A stretch of DNA of 63,930 bases, counting the filler, from Squatina squatina (lineage: Eukaryota), in NCBI GenBank assembly GCA_031763465.1. It is 4 parts of 3 records of this genome, joined end to end, with 100 filler letters (N's around TTAATTAATTAA, not from the genome) between each part and the next. Parts side by side here need not be neighbours in the genome. Positions count along the whole stretch, not along the records: positions 12,863 to 28,149 come from JARFOE010000192.1; positions 28,250 to 50,816 come from JARFOE010000115.1; 2 more parts are not named here. One strand, written 5' to 3'. Position 1 is the first letter of the stretch. Each line of letters opens with the position of its first letter. The notes under the pieces were generated by a model. The model did not search any database. It was not told the origin of the DNA and was given only the letters and a program-made list of their open reading frames with translations. Positions 26,673 through 39,494 of this stretch are shown here, one piece after another. The position numbers were made by a program, and so were the translations under genes.

Positions 26673-28149
26673 GTTTAAAGGAATTACATTTGGCTCACAA
26701 AATTGTTTGTAATGGCTGTTAAATTACAAGTCTAATTCTGCAATCCTACACTCACAGTGAAAAAGACGCACACAAAGGGAATAAGGGTATGGGATGGGGT
26801 TACAGCATTACAGCCCTCATTCTCTGACCCATGCTCCCTGCAATGTGGCTCTGTGCTAGGAGCACAGAATTAGCCCTTACAACTCACATTCAACCCTCAG
26901 TATATTCNNNNNNNNNNNNNNNNNNNNNNNNNNNNNNNNNNNNNNNNNNNNNNNNNNNNNNNNNNNNNNNNNNNNNNNNNNNNNNNNNNNNNNNNNNNNN
27001 NNNNNNNAATTAGATTCAATCAATCAGCTGAGTCCTTACACTTGTCAACTTTGATGGAAACCGGTCTATAATTAATGTAGCAGAATGGACCATGAACTTT
27101 TGTTGCTGAATATTAATGCTTGTGTAACAGTGCCTGTGATTTTCCCTTCACTGGACATTACTTGTTAGACACTAAAAAGCAATGGAATCAGTATTTTCTT
27201 CATAAAATTCTGCAGACTATCACTGAAGCCAAAATGGAGCAGATTTTCACCTTTATTACCCGGGTGTTAAACGTCCCCTGGCGCAGTGCCCAAAAAGGGC
27301 AATCTGGCAGGGAGGATTACATACTGGCTGCAGAACTGCCCTGATTTTCTTTCCCCTTGGATTTTCCTCCACATGACGCACCCAGCTGGTAAAAATGAAA
27401 ATCGATTCCAACAATTTTCCCGATGGTAGTTGTGTTTCCTCAATCTTAGTCATTTTAACACCCATGCAATTTTTTTTGGAGTATCAACAATAACAGAGGT
27501 TTAATTAATAAAACACTGGAGCTTTGCCACTTTTGATATGCTCGGAATACTATGAGTCTGTCTGTCTTGAAGCAGAGGCTAACATGTATCTGAATACAGA
27601 TTAACATCACATCAGCAGAAACCATTCATTGTTCCAGCCGTCTTGATTTCATTTGTAGATTCAACTATCTTAAGGAGCCAGGTTAATAATTTACCTGCCT
27701 TATCCTTATTCTGATAACACGTGAGATGGGTGTGAAGCAGAGTAAATTCTAAGTACTGTAGCGTGTTTCATCCACATTTCTCAGACAGAGATTTATTAAA
27801 ATTACCGAGATGGCTTGTCGCAGTGTTTGTCCAAGCTAAATAGTTTGAGTCCCGGTTTATGCCCTCCAGTTTCTTCCATTAGATAAATAATGCATTGTCC
27901 TCCCTCTGATGTGTGTTTTAAGGGCATCCATTTAGACTATAGCACTTAATGGATTCTGTGTTGAAGTAGATATCTCTTCTGTAAGGATTCTTTTAGTCTT
28001 GTATGAGGGCAAATATTCAATAACTGGTAATGTGTTTTATTTAAATTGATATTAATATAGATCTTTGCATGAACTTGCCAACATTACATATAGTAACATT
28101 TGATAGCCTTTCGATTCGATTTTGTAAAATTGGACAATAATCTACTCAC

Positions 28150-28249
28150 NNNNNNNNNNNNNNNNNNNNNNNNNNNNNNNNNNNNNNNNNNNNTTAATTA
28201 ATTAANNNNNNNNNNNNNNNNNNNNNNNNNNNNNNNNNNNNNNNNNNNN
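28150..28249. other. Artificial scaffold linker N44-TTAATTAATTAA-N44
   Basis: 12-mer at 28194-28205, centred in 100 bp. Confidence 0.95.
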
Positions 28250-28754
28250 GGAACACTCTTACAGAAATAGTTCCCCAGCCTTTCATCTATTAGATTTCAG
28301 CTGCTTTGAACTACTAGGCAATATACAGTTACATAACCTCATTGTGCACTGGGATTCTTAAACCAATTCTGTTTAAATTGGTTTCCACCCCACATACCTG
28401 AAGCTAAAACAATTCCAGTCAGCCATTATTAAACCTTTGAGGACTGAAAGACATTTGCAGGTTGAACAATTATACATGTTTCACCCTATTTCAAGGACGG
28501 AGCTCAATTTGCTTCCCAATTACCAGTCACACGATAAGCTAATCAAAAATGTATTAACCAGATTTGTTCATCACTCCACCCATTAAATTTTATGATTCTG
28601 TGGCCCAATACAAGATCTCCAGTTTATGAGCAAATGAAAATGCATTCTGTCACAATCTTTTATAAATCAGATTCTACACTAATCAATTATATAGCAGAAT
28701 GTAAACAAAGCAATCCGTTAATAGAATCTCCTCACATTTCCAACATTTGCTTAT

Positions 28755-29335
28755 TTATGGGCAGGCCATATTAAATTTAGTAATGAGTAATGAGCCAGAT
28801 TTAGCTAACAGCCTAACAGTGCATGAACATCTATCTAATAGCAATCATGATATGATCGAGTTCAGCATAGTGTTTGAAAGGGAGAAATGCGAAACAACTA
28901 CTGAGATTCTAGATTTAGGTAAACACAATGAGGCAGAGACTGTCCATAGTAACTGAGCAAATCTGTCAATGAGTAAAGTGACAGAAGATCAGAAAGAGAT
29001 GTTTAAAAAATAATTTAACATGATACAGAACCAATTTATACCCATAAGGGACAAGAGGTCTACTTGCCAAAAGAAAAGGCATGGATGACTAAAGAGGTAA
29101 GGGACAACATAAAACTAAAAGGAAAAGCATAAAAAATGCAAAAAGTAGCACAGATCCTGGCATCTGGGTGTGATACAAAGAACAATAAAAGGTGACAAAG
29201 CAGACAGGAAGAGCAACAAAAAGTGGGTATGAAATGAAACTTGTAATGGATTTCAAAGTCAACACAACATTTTTTTCCATTATATTAGGCAAAAGAGGAT
29301 GGTCAGGAGTAATGTGGGTCCCTTGAGAACTGGAC
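28755..29335 (+). mobile_element. CR1 ORF2 fragment (end of the AP-endonuclease domain plus linker), pseudogenised
   Basis: AILNLVMSNEPDLANSLTVHEHLSNSNHDMIEF corresponds to the CR1 EN motif ILDLV...HLGxSDHxMIEF. Stops and frameshifts follow. Confidence 0.85.
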
Positions 29336-29340
29336 AGTGC

Positions 29341-29499
29341 CAGCTGTGGCTCACTGGGTAGCACACTCACCTCTGAGTCAGAAATTTGTGGGTTCAAGTC
29401 CCATTCCAGGGACTTGAGCATATAAATCTAGGCTAACATTCCAGTGCAGTGCTGAGTGAGTGTTGCACTGTTGGAAGTGCTATCTTTCAGGTGAGACTT
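29341..29499 (+). mobile_element. tRNA-derived SINE head with Pol III A and B boxes, truncated by the downstream element
   Basis: A-box TGGCTCACTGGG and B-box GGTTCAAGTCCC, followed by the CAGTGCAGTGCTGAG...TGCACTG stem. Confidence 0.85.
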
Positions 29500-30143
29500 T
29501 GGGGGTGAAATTGGCCACTGTGCGAAATTGCATTAACACCTACTTAAAGTGCTAACAGGACGCTAAAGATTCTTAAGGCGTTAAATCGGCATTTGGTGCC
29601 TCGAGCATAATTCGCTAGGCAAAAAGTTTAGCGCCTCCACAGCCAGGCAAGATCGTGTTTGCACTTCCAATGATGTCATCAGTGCCTCATTGCTAAATTC
29701 CCCAAACTTAGCGTCTAAAGTATGCAGAGAAAAACAGCGCCTAGAAAAGTTGGCACTACACATTTTTCACAGCCTGCACTGCCATCTTGGTTCATTGATT
29801 CAATGTCTGCTTCAGTGCCAGGACTGCCAGTGGAGGCAGGGGCTCATGTCATGTGCTCCCGGGAGCTCAGGGATATTGGAAGGTCAATCCCAATCATTAT
29901 AAGTAGTCATAATACTTAAGCCGTTCAAGTGCCATGCACTTTTGAACCCAATCGGCCCATCAGTATGGGTGCCATTGTAGCGGTAGACCATCATCTTCTG
30001 CTGCACCTGAGGGAGTACCTCAGCAGCAGGAGAAGGTGAAGACAGGAGCAAAGGAACAGGCTGCAACAGCCAGATGGACAGGGGGCAATGCCAATTCAAG
30101 GAGTCCCACCCATCCAACAGCCACAGCCTCCACACTACCCTGG
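29500..30143 (+). mobile_element. Harbinger-like transposon left end with a decayed transposase start
   Basis: Terminus GGGGTGAAATTGG. ATG at 29965 gives MGAIVAVDHHLLLH, similar to the start at 37821 (MGGVLAIDLLLH). Confidence 0.55.
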
Positions 30144-31504
30144 NNNNNNNNNNNNNNNNNNNNNNNNNNNNNNNNNNNNNNNNNNNNNNNNNNNNNNNNN
30201 NNNNNNNNNNNNNNNNNNNNNNNNNNNNNNNNNNNNNNNNNNNAAATCGAGTGATTCATAGATTATGACAAATGAGTTCTCTGGCATTATTTGTAATAAT
30301 TTAACATTTTTAAACAAGCAGTATCATTAATGTTTTACCAAATTGAACATACTGGAAGCAGTAAGACTGCCATACAGAGGTGGAAATGATCCCTGCATCT
30401 CCTACAATTGCTGCTGAATGAACTGAAGGATTAGAAAATAATTGTAGAAAATACAGGTAGATCTCACCTCTTGACAACTCTTTGCGTGGGAAATTAAAGA
30501 TTTGCATGCAGATAATTTTAAAGTGATTTCATGCAGACCAGACTGTGACAGTTTTATTACTCTTGTCGCAAAACCAGTCTTATTATTCAATAGAATACCA
30601 TGCTAATTAACTCTATTTGTATTTTTTCTTCTTGTTGCTGACAGAAAAAATGTAATTATATGAACAATGACAGTATCAGTGTCTTGGGTGCAACTTCTTT
30701 GGCAATGTCCACTATAGCTCCGTGGGCAATTGCTAAGTTTAAAAAAGAATCATCGACTTAAGACAGAACCTAAGTCTTGTGGCTTCCATACAATAACAAC
30801 AGACAACTGGCAGGTTGCCCTCTACTGTGGCAAAAAATGTGAATATGACATTAATTCCAGTCTTGGCAATTCACTGGTGGCAGAAGTAGACAAAATAATT
30901 GATCACCAACACTGCTGGTTCATGGATAAGTGGGGTCAGAGCAAAAAAGTCTGCAAAGCCTCAGTAATCTATTAGGTGTCCTGTCGGCAGCAGCAGAAAG
31001 ATTTATGTTTTCCCTCCAAAGGCTCCATCACGCACTCTGAACTCTTACCTCAGGTCACAGCTAATCAGATTCTGGAAAGATTAATGGTGGAAAATAATTT
31101 GCTTTCATTGATGAGATACAACAGTCTCTGTTAATGGAGGATGCTTTCAAATAAGTCAGCGGAGGAAGAAAAGGGCATTTCAGTAATGTGTTCAAGTTTT
31201 TAACAAGATTTTTGTTGTGCCGCTTACTTACAGAAATAGCACATTGTGTTGTCTCCTTTAATGCCACACTAATAAAGAAAAAAGATATCTTCACGTTGAT
31301 GTCATGAACCAATAAATTGTAGCAGAAAGAGTGAAATACAATATAAGAACTGTGGGAGAAGCTTAGTCAAGCTATTTCGGTTGTGATTTTTAATTGCACA
31401 GGGANNNNNNNNNNNNNNNNNNNNNNNNNNNNNNNNNNNNNNNNNNNNNNNNNNNNNNNNNNNNNNNNNNNNNNNNNNNNNNNNNNNNNNNNNNNNNNNN
31501 NNNN

Positions 31505-32055
31505 ACTCCAACCAAATAGATTCTATCTTTGATCCCTCAAAGACATTCTCTCTTTCTAGCATTAATATTTTACTTCATCAAAATTGCTAACCCGCCTCCT
31601 TTTTTCCTTCCATATCTTTCCTGAATACTTTGTACCCAAGAACACTGAGCATTCAATCCTCCCCTTTTGAGCCAGGTCTCTTAACACCACTAGATCATAT
31701 TCCCACGTGGCTATTTGCACCTGCAGCTCACCAACCTTATTAACCACACCATGCATTTACACACCCACTCCTCCAAACCTAACTTAGACATCTTTATATT
31801 CTGTATGATCCCACCTAATTCTGTATTTCTAACCCTAACTGTCCAGTCCTCTGTGCACCTTGTTTCTACTTTTTAATACTATATCCGGGTACCCAACCTC
31901 TGCAAATTAGTTTAAACCCACCCCCACAGCACTAGTTAACCTGCCTTCAAGGATATTGGTCCCAGCTCTGTTCAGGTGCAATCCGTCCATCTTGAACACG
32001 TCCCACCTGCCACAGAACTGGTTCCAATATCCCAGGAATCTGAAGCCCTCTCTCC
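31505..32055 (-). mobile_element. CR1 LINE ORF1/ORF2 junction (esterase-type ORF1 C-terminus and endonuclease N-terminus)
   Basis: Minus strand reads EGFRFLGYWNQFCGRWDVFKMDGLHLNRAGTNILEG (SGNH DGLH motif), then VVNKVGELQVQIATWEYD and ESIWLE. Confidence 0.9.
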
Positions 32056-34309
32056 NNNNNNNNNNNNNNNNNNNNNNNNNNNNNNNNNNNNNNNNNNNNN
32101 NNNNNNNNNNNNNNNNNNNNNNNNNNNNNNNNNNNNNNNNNNNNNNNNNNNNNNNCTCCTATTTATGATAGGGTCTTAACAAATGTGTAAGTCACAGATT
32201 GCTGTTCATTTTCTCTGTGGCCATTTTTTGGATCGATTAGTCTGATTCCTTTGAACCAATCCAAGATATTGTTTAGTACTCCTTCATATGATTTATTAAA
32301 GAAAAGTTGAAAAGTTAATTTGTTTTCCTATGTGCAAAGATCAATTGTTAATTCTGTTGACAAGTTGGCAGCTTTCTGGAGACCTGCTATGACAGGTTTC
32401 AAAGTGGGAGAAAACTGCTCTGCTGATGAATGTGGTGGGCCTGTCAGAAAGCGCTCTCATTACAGGAGTATGGATTGGCATCCATCCCAGTTCATCTATG
32501 TCAATCCTGGAGCTGTCAGAACATAAAGAATTCAGTATCTGTTAGGAATTAATTTTTAAAATCACTTTTGTCTCCAAATAAAAATTGAAGAGGAGGAAAT
32601 ATGTTGTTCTATGTTCTTAATATGATAGCCAATCAATTATAGACCACCAGTCATGGTAGAATATCACCCTCATCTGGNNNNNNNNNNNNNNNNNNNNNNN
32701 NNNNNNNNNNNNNNNNNNNNNNNNNNNNNNNNNNNNNNNNNNNNNNNNNNNNNNNNNNNNNNNNNNNNNNNNNNNNNCCTTAAGAGAAGTATTCCAGACA
32801 AAATGCAGACAAAGACATTTCACACATCTGTTGCATCATCATTACTCACCTAGGGGCTATGAGGATTAAAAAAAACAAATATGAGCAGTTCATCTTAAAT
32901 TCATAACATTATTGGTTCAGTTCTGCAGTATTTGTTGACCCAGTTAACTACTTGTAGGTTGGTTTGGGAAAAGCATTTTGTTTGGTTTAAGCGAATGCAA
33001 TCAGAGCAACTCTGCAATTTTCCACGCTAGTAGTTTATTTGGGAAAAATGCAGTTGGATAGAATATTTAAAATGCAAAGTATAGCAGTTAACCAAACTTC
33101 AAAGAAATACTGAAAAAAAGTAAAACATTTGTGTGATAGCTTGCAGTTTGTTATTAGATTCACAATGGGAACAATTGTCATTGACTCCTCTGGCACTGAT
33201 GGTGAATAAATCTTATTTAAAAGGGAAGATGATAGGCTTTAAAGTGTGCTTTATACTGACAGCTAAAATTTGTATTGTCACATTCAATGATTTCTGTATA
33301 AATAGAACTAGTATGAGATTATAATAGAGGCTTATAACCTTTGCTCCTATTGCGATCACTGGTGTTCTTTTAAAATGTCCCTGGAGATGCCACTGTTTGG
33401 AGCACAAAACCATGAAATTGAACGGAAACCATTTCATGGCAAAACGTCAAGAGTAGCTTTGAAGTTCAGTAATATGATCGCAATCACCTGTAACTTTGAA
33501 AATTATCACTAGATCCAAATTAAACTTGAAACGAACAGCTGACCTTAGTCCAATATTTTCCTCGCTATCTCTATCCTCTTTTCTACTCAAACTTTCACAC
33601 ATGACCTTTCNNNNNNNNNNNNNNNNNNNNNNNNNNNNNNNNNNNNNNNNNNNNNNNNNNNNNNNNNNNNNNNNNNNNNNNNNNNNNNNNNNNNNNNNNN
33701 NNNNNNNNNNAAAGATAAAAAGCATTTTTGGATTGTTCAAAAAATATTCCAAATGATGTGTCATGTTTAGAGAACATAAGTATGTATACGTGTGTATATA
33801 TAAACACACACCTTTTGAAAGTCATGAAGGTCATTCAGTATTCAAAGGGATAAATCATTAAGATTTTTATGCATTTTTTATTCCACAAACATCAGCACTG
33901 AGTGAAGGAATAGTACACAGCTGCATTACCTCAGGGTCACTCTTGTCAGCACTCATCTTCATTCAGACTGTAATCTGAGGACCTTGATGGTTGATGTTTG
34001 CTGCAGAACAAGGAATATTAAAACACATGCAGCACCAGCTGCGTATTCTGTGTTCATAAAGATAAAGAGTCAAAATAATTGAATCATAATGTGATTACAG
34101 TAAATTGCTCTTGTGAGGTAATAATACCGTTGCAATGACTGTTGTTTTCTTAATTGTTACAGATGACTTTGATTGAAGCCATGCTATTAAAATTTCCAAG
34201 AAGCAAGCCCTTCACAGTTCAAGTCATAATGAATCAGAATACTAATTATAGATATGAACATTGCCTATGCATTTATCTATGTATTTATAGCTATGATACT
34301 GAAGACTAA

Positions 34310-34565
34310 GGCTGGAATTTTCCCCTAAAAATGGATGGGTTTGGAGCATGGGGGCATTTAAAGTGTTAAAAATGGGATTGCCGACCTGATCCTGCCTCCA
34401 AACTGCCCACATCCGGTTTTAACAGAAGCGGGACAGGGGCAGGGCAGGGCTGGCAGCAAATCCGCTTCCAGGGGGTGTTACCTCAATTTAAATATTGTAA
34501 TGAGGCTGGAAGCCTCTTTTTTCCCCCTCCATTTTGTGTTTAACTGCCTGTGGAGGGGTTTCATG
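34310..34565. mobile_element. Harbinger-like element terminus, cut by a gap
   Basis: Begins GGCTGGAATTTTCC and has a GC-rich subterminal region. Confidence 0.45.
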
Positions 34566-35342
34566 NNNNNNNNNNNNNNNNNNNNNNNNNNNNNNNNNNN
34601 NNNNNNNNNNNNNNNNNNNNNNNNNNNNNNNNNNNNNNNNNNNNNNNNNNNNNNNNNNNNNNNNNCCTGGTCCTATCTTCTATGTTTCTATGATTTGTCT
34701 TTTAATATTTGTGAAGCATCAGCGAAAGGTTGAACTGAATTCCACTTCTCCTTTGCCCTTTATTTCCTTCGCCCTCTCTTTGCCCTGCCTCAAACTCTTC
34801 TTCCTCTCCCAGCTCTTAAACCTCTCCCACTAATCTCAACATGTATCAAAGTATCCCTCTGTGATTAAATTGTATCTTAATTGTGCCAAACAACCTGAAT
34901 ACTTAAATTAGGTTCTAAGTTAGTTCATTTAATCACAGTACTGAATGGCTGGAAATGTCTTCATAAACTCAATAGCATTTGCATGAAATTGTATTTACAC
35001 CCATAATTGATCTATTAATATGCTTTAAGTACCTTAGGTGATGTTATCTATTACCAGCAAAAGCTTGGAGGGAAGAGTGCATCCTAATTCTCGTACAAGT
35101 GGTGTGCAATTTAAATTTGTGCCAAAAATAGATTCCAGGTTTGCATCGACAAAAGGAACATCAAACCCAGTGATGTGCAGACCATAAGAATGGTTCCTGT
35201 TCAGTGAGCTTTAATTCTTGAAATGCTGATGATCACTGTTTANNNNNNNNNNNNNNNNNNNNNNNNNNNNNNNNNNNNNNNNNNNNNNNNNNNNNNNNNN
35301 NNNNNNNNNNNNNNNNNNNNNNNNNNNNNNNNNNNNNNNNNN

Positions 35343-35652
35343 GACTGACACTGGGATACAGTTCACCTGGCACTGACTATGACTGGGATACAGTTCACCT
35401 GGCACTGACTGTGACTGCGATACAGTTCACCTGGCATTGTCTCTCATTGGGATGCAGTTCACCTGGCACTGACTGCTACTGGGATACATTTCACCTGGCA
35501 CTGACTCTCACTGGGATACTTTTCACCTGGCGCTGACTCTCACTGGGATACAGTTCACCTGGCACTGACTTTCACTGGGATACAGTTCACCTGGCACTGA
35601 CTGCTACTGGGATACAGTTCACCTGGCACTGATGACTACTGGGATATAGTTC
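35343..35652. repeat. 32-bp minisatellite, about 9.7 copies (GACTNNCACTGGGATACAGTTCACCTGGCACT); open into the gap on the left
   Basis: 32-bp period counted directly. Variation is concentrated at unit positions 5-7. Confidence 0.96.
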
Positions 35653-36365
35653 CACAGGCTCCGGTGGGCATTCTTTATACGTGAGCCCATGATCAAATGG
35701 CGCATGATCGAACCTCAGGAGTATATCAAACCAGAGTTGGCAAACCTAGGTGCAGCTAATGTACCTATGCTCTGATCACATTGTGACATCATGCAAGAGC
35801 CTTGTCCTCACATAAATGTATTAAAAAAAACACTGTTTCATACTGATTGTTAAAGACTAGTAGCCTCTTTGAAATTATAACGTTGGCTCCTGCCTAGCAT
35901 AGGGAAATTAAGAGGCGAAAGGTGAAGATGATTAAGCACTGTAAAACTGCTCAAAATCATCAGAAACCAGTAAGATGCATTAAAACTGTACTTAAGCTTC
36001 CTGAATAGCACTAGAACTGGCAGGTGCTGGCTCCAGAAGTTGGTAAATTCCAGTGCTAAGGGCACAGAGCCTCTCAAAACAGGTAAAAAATAACTGATTG
36101 CTATAATGCAGGTCCTGGGGGTTTGTAAAAGGCAGGAAACCACATGTGCCACCCTTAGCATGATGTCGGGATGCAAATTTTTAGGCGTGCACTTCGCACT
36201 TGGTTTCCTCAGAAACAAACAGGGGTCACCAAGTTCCTAGAGTGTGTGAAATATGCATTAATTATGAAGAATGCACCGCAGGTCAACTAGCATCAAAAAC
36301 AGTAAGCTATTTTAGCATTGCAGGTGGAATCCTTCCATTCCCTGACATAATATTACTAAATTATT

Positions 36366-36638
36366 TTTCACATTCAACGATTTGATACATAAATTATAGA
36401 TATGAACTAATCCAGTGCTTCCCAAATTAAGGGCCCTTAAGCTTTTTACTGATGCCTTCATTACTAATCCTGCTTTGCCAACAAACGAAAGTGGTTGAAA
36501 TGTCAGCTCTGCAGATGGCTTACATTAAAGTAGGATTAGTAATGAAGGAATCAGTAAAAAGCTTTAGGCCGGCTAATTTGGGAAGCCCTTGGATTAGTTC
36601 ATATCTATAAATTATTTATCAAATAGTTGAATGTGAAA
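36366..36638. repeat. Long inverted repeat with about 112-bp arms and a 50-bp loop; palindromic MITE-like
   Basis: 36366-36476 aligns with the reverse complement of 36527-36638 with scattered mismatches. The right arm runs into the gap at 36639. Confidence 0.92.
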
Positions 36639-37429
36639 NNNNNNNNNNNNNNNNNNNNNNNNNNNNNNNNNNNNNNNNNNNNNNNNNNNNNNNNNNNNNN
36701 NNNNNNNNNNNNNNNNNNNNNNNNNNNNNNNNNNNNNNTTGTATCACTGCTTCAGGCTTGGCTTCTACGCTCCCATCTGCAGTACCTGTTTTCTGCCCGC
36801 ATTCTTATTGATTTCACCAAGCTCTCCATTATTCTGGTATAAGCACTGAGAACATTCAGCTTAGTGATTACAGTAGGCTCAGTGGACAGGATACTCTGTT
36901 GGCTGCCTGCCAACAGTTGGGTCCTTGCTACCAAGCATTGTATTTTTACCCAGCAGCAGTGGTTCTCTGACTGAAGTAGTGTCTGTCATACTTACACAGT
37001 AATTCCAGCTTCACATACACCTTCAAGAAATATTAGCTTTAATATTAACTCACGGTACTGTGGAAATGTGTGACACTTTTTTTAAGTTCAATCATATTCC
37101 AGATTTTTGCTCTGTATTCCTTGGTTATTGCAGCTGATTTTTTTCACAGCTGACAAATGCAATAGAATATAAAACCAAAGCGAATGAAGATATAGGGGAT
37201 CCCTGATCAGAAACACTGACTTCTGAGAGATGAGTCACTTTGAGTGCCATATGTCTAACAACTACTAATCACCACAAAAACCAATGTGTTTATGTCAGCT
37301 GCAATATCAATAGTTTACTCTAAATAAACCCCTGCTTTCTAAGCTACATTCTGTTTATATGACATAGTATTATGACCATTTTCTGTATTGTAATATATAT
37401 ATGTTAAAACGCTAGCGGTCTCAATGGGT

Positions 37430-38337
37430 CTCATAAAATCGACAGGAAAACAGCACTAACGTGGCGCTATCTGCGAATTTTGTGGAATTGGTCCTGCTTT
37501 TTACCAACCCCAAAAAAGGTTCTTGTCGCATTTCACTGATGGCATGAGGAGCGAGGGCGCACGGTGATGGTGATGTCATCACTGTGCGTATTGCCAAGTG
37601 TGTGCTACATATCCCCGATGCAAAATGGGAGCGCTGCCATCGCTGACAAATCGTGGCGCTGCCATACCAGTAGCAGGCAGCGCCGCCGGGATTTAAAGGG
37701 CGTGTCATGGCCACCATTTTGTAAAGCCNNNNNNNNNNCCGATACTGCAGGTTGAAGGTTTGTTTGTGCTGGAGCTTGCAGTGAATCAGATATTGACAAG
37801 GGCAATGGGAATTTGGAATAATGGGTGGTGTTCTGGCCATTGACCTTCTGTTGCATCAGCAGCACCTTAAGATCTGCGACGAAGGCAGAGGCATCGGCAG
37901 CTAACGGAGGGACATGAGGCGATGGCAGAATGCTGAAAGGGGTGAAGACCCAAAGGCTGAGGCACAGGGAGCTGGTCATGCACAGGCTGACGAGGCTGAA
38001 GCACATGGCCCTGCACAGCAAGATGCTCAGCAGCATCCTCAGCAATGGAGGAAGAAGGCGTAGGAGGGGCAACAGGAGGTCATATGCTCCCAGCGTCTTC
38101 CAGCCTCAGTTTTCATACCTCAACTTTACTAAGGAGCAATGTGTTGGAAGACTGCGCTTCAGGAAGGCTGTGATCACCAAAATCTGCCACGTGCTGCAAC
38201 CAGAACTTCAGCCACATAGGAGGGCGAGAACAACTTTCTCCGTGGCAGTGAAGGTCACAATTGCTTTGAATTTCTTTGCCAATGGATCATTTCAATGCGC
38301 CACAGGAGACATATCTAACATCTGCCGCTACACCATT
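37430..38337 (+). mobile_element. Harbinger/PIF DNA transposon, 5' part
   Basis: CpG-rich subterminal region followed by transposase coding sequence. Confidence 0.8.
37821..38337 (+). pseudogene. Harbinger (HARBI1-like) transposase N-terminal fragment, disrupted and cut by a gap
   Basis: SYLNFTKEQCVGRLRFRKAVITKICHVLQPELQP...SVAVKVTIALNFFANGSFQCATGDISNI matches the HARBI1-family N-terminal/HTH region (ALxF(Y/F)AxGSFQ..GD). The likely ATG at 37821 is out of frame with this segment and reaches a TAA. Confidence 0.88.
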
Positions 38338-38829
38338 NNNNNNNNNNNNNNNNNNNNNNNNNNNNNNNNNNNNNNNNNNNNNNNNNNNNNNNNNNNNNNN
38401 NNNNNNNNNNNNNNNNNNNNNNNNNNNNNNNNNNNNNGGAATGTCTTTGGTGTCTCTCCTTTGGTACTGGAGTCAGAAATAATAATCTATTCTGCTTGAG
38501 TAAACAAAGGGCAGATTCTCATTGAATAGTAATATTCTGTGATGGTTTTTCTGCATACTAATTAATGTCAAACGTTTAATGTGCTATTTTTATTTGCCAA
38601 TATTATATTAATATCAGCAACCAAACATTTTTGTTCTATGTATTTAAATTAAATCAAATGAATTGGCTATGAATTATTAATGCAGAAATAATTTGATAAC
38701 TATATTAAACTTGTGCTAATTGTATTCATTTCATTTATGTAGCAGCTGTCAATCTTATGACTCTGGTAACATCGTTTACATGCTAATGAATTCTTTTTTA
38801 TATTCCTGCTGCAACACTTAAATGGAAAT

Positions 38830-39387
38830 ATGGGGCATGACATCAGGATCGGTTTGGGTGCCATGGGTGCCGTTTGGGCACTAAAATGGCATCTGGTGTG
38901 CATGTATACTTCTACCGCAAATCGTGCCAGATGCCATATTGGTGAGGGCATTAGCGAGCGCAGATCTAATGTCTTCTGGAAGTATGTAGAGCAGGCAGAT
39001 CATGATGTCAACCAGCATGCAAAGTTGATTTGATGTCAGTGGTGCCATTATGGAACTTCACGCTCTAGCCAACACCTTCTCTTAACCTCACATGGCTATT
39101 TAAAGGGATCATCAACTACTTATGGATTCATTGCTCTTTGATGAATTCTTACTGCTAAATGATTCTACAAGTGTTTGGTGCTTTCCATGGTTCTTTTGAG
39201 TTGCAAAAGTGTACAGGGAGTGGTATGGAAAGTGCTGAATTACTTTTTCCTGAGTATAAGGCTTCTGCACAAACAGTTACTACAAGGCATGGGTGCACTA
39301 GTAGGCATTCTCCTTGGAATACAGCATAAATGGGAGAATGTGTAGAGGTCTCGCAGAGCAGTACAAGCTGCCAGAAGAGGGAGGAGG
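38830..39387 (+). mobile_element. Harbinger-like element 5' part with a decayed transposase start
   Basis: GC-rich left end, an ATTTAAAGGG motif as at 37691, and an ATG at 39289 giving MGALVGILLG. Confidence 0.5.
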
Positions 39388-39494
39388 NNNNNNNNNNNNN
39401 NNNNNNNNNNNNNNNNNNNNNNNNNNNNNNNNNNNNNNNNNNNNNNNNNNNNNNNNNNNNNNNNNNNNNNNNNNNNNNNNNNNNNNNGCCTGTA

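Noticed and set aside
29341-29415. tRNA gene
   Set aside because: A and B boxes are present, but the sequence continues into a SINE body, has a second copy at about 5570-5630, and shows no clean cloverleaf.
35343-35652. 32-bp repeats as a CRISPR array
   Set aside because: The units are head-to-tail with no spacers, and the context is eukaryotic.
37930-38499. Domesticated host HARBI1 gene
   Set aside because: The start region is disrupted, it sits inside transposon subterminal sequence, and related decayed copies occur nearby. It is a transposase relic.
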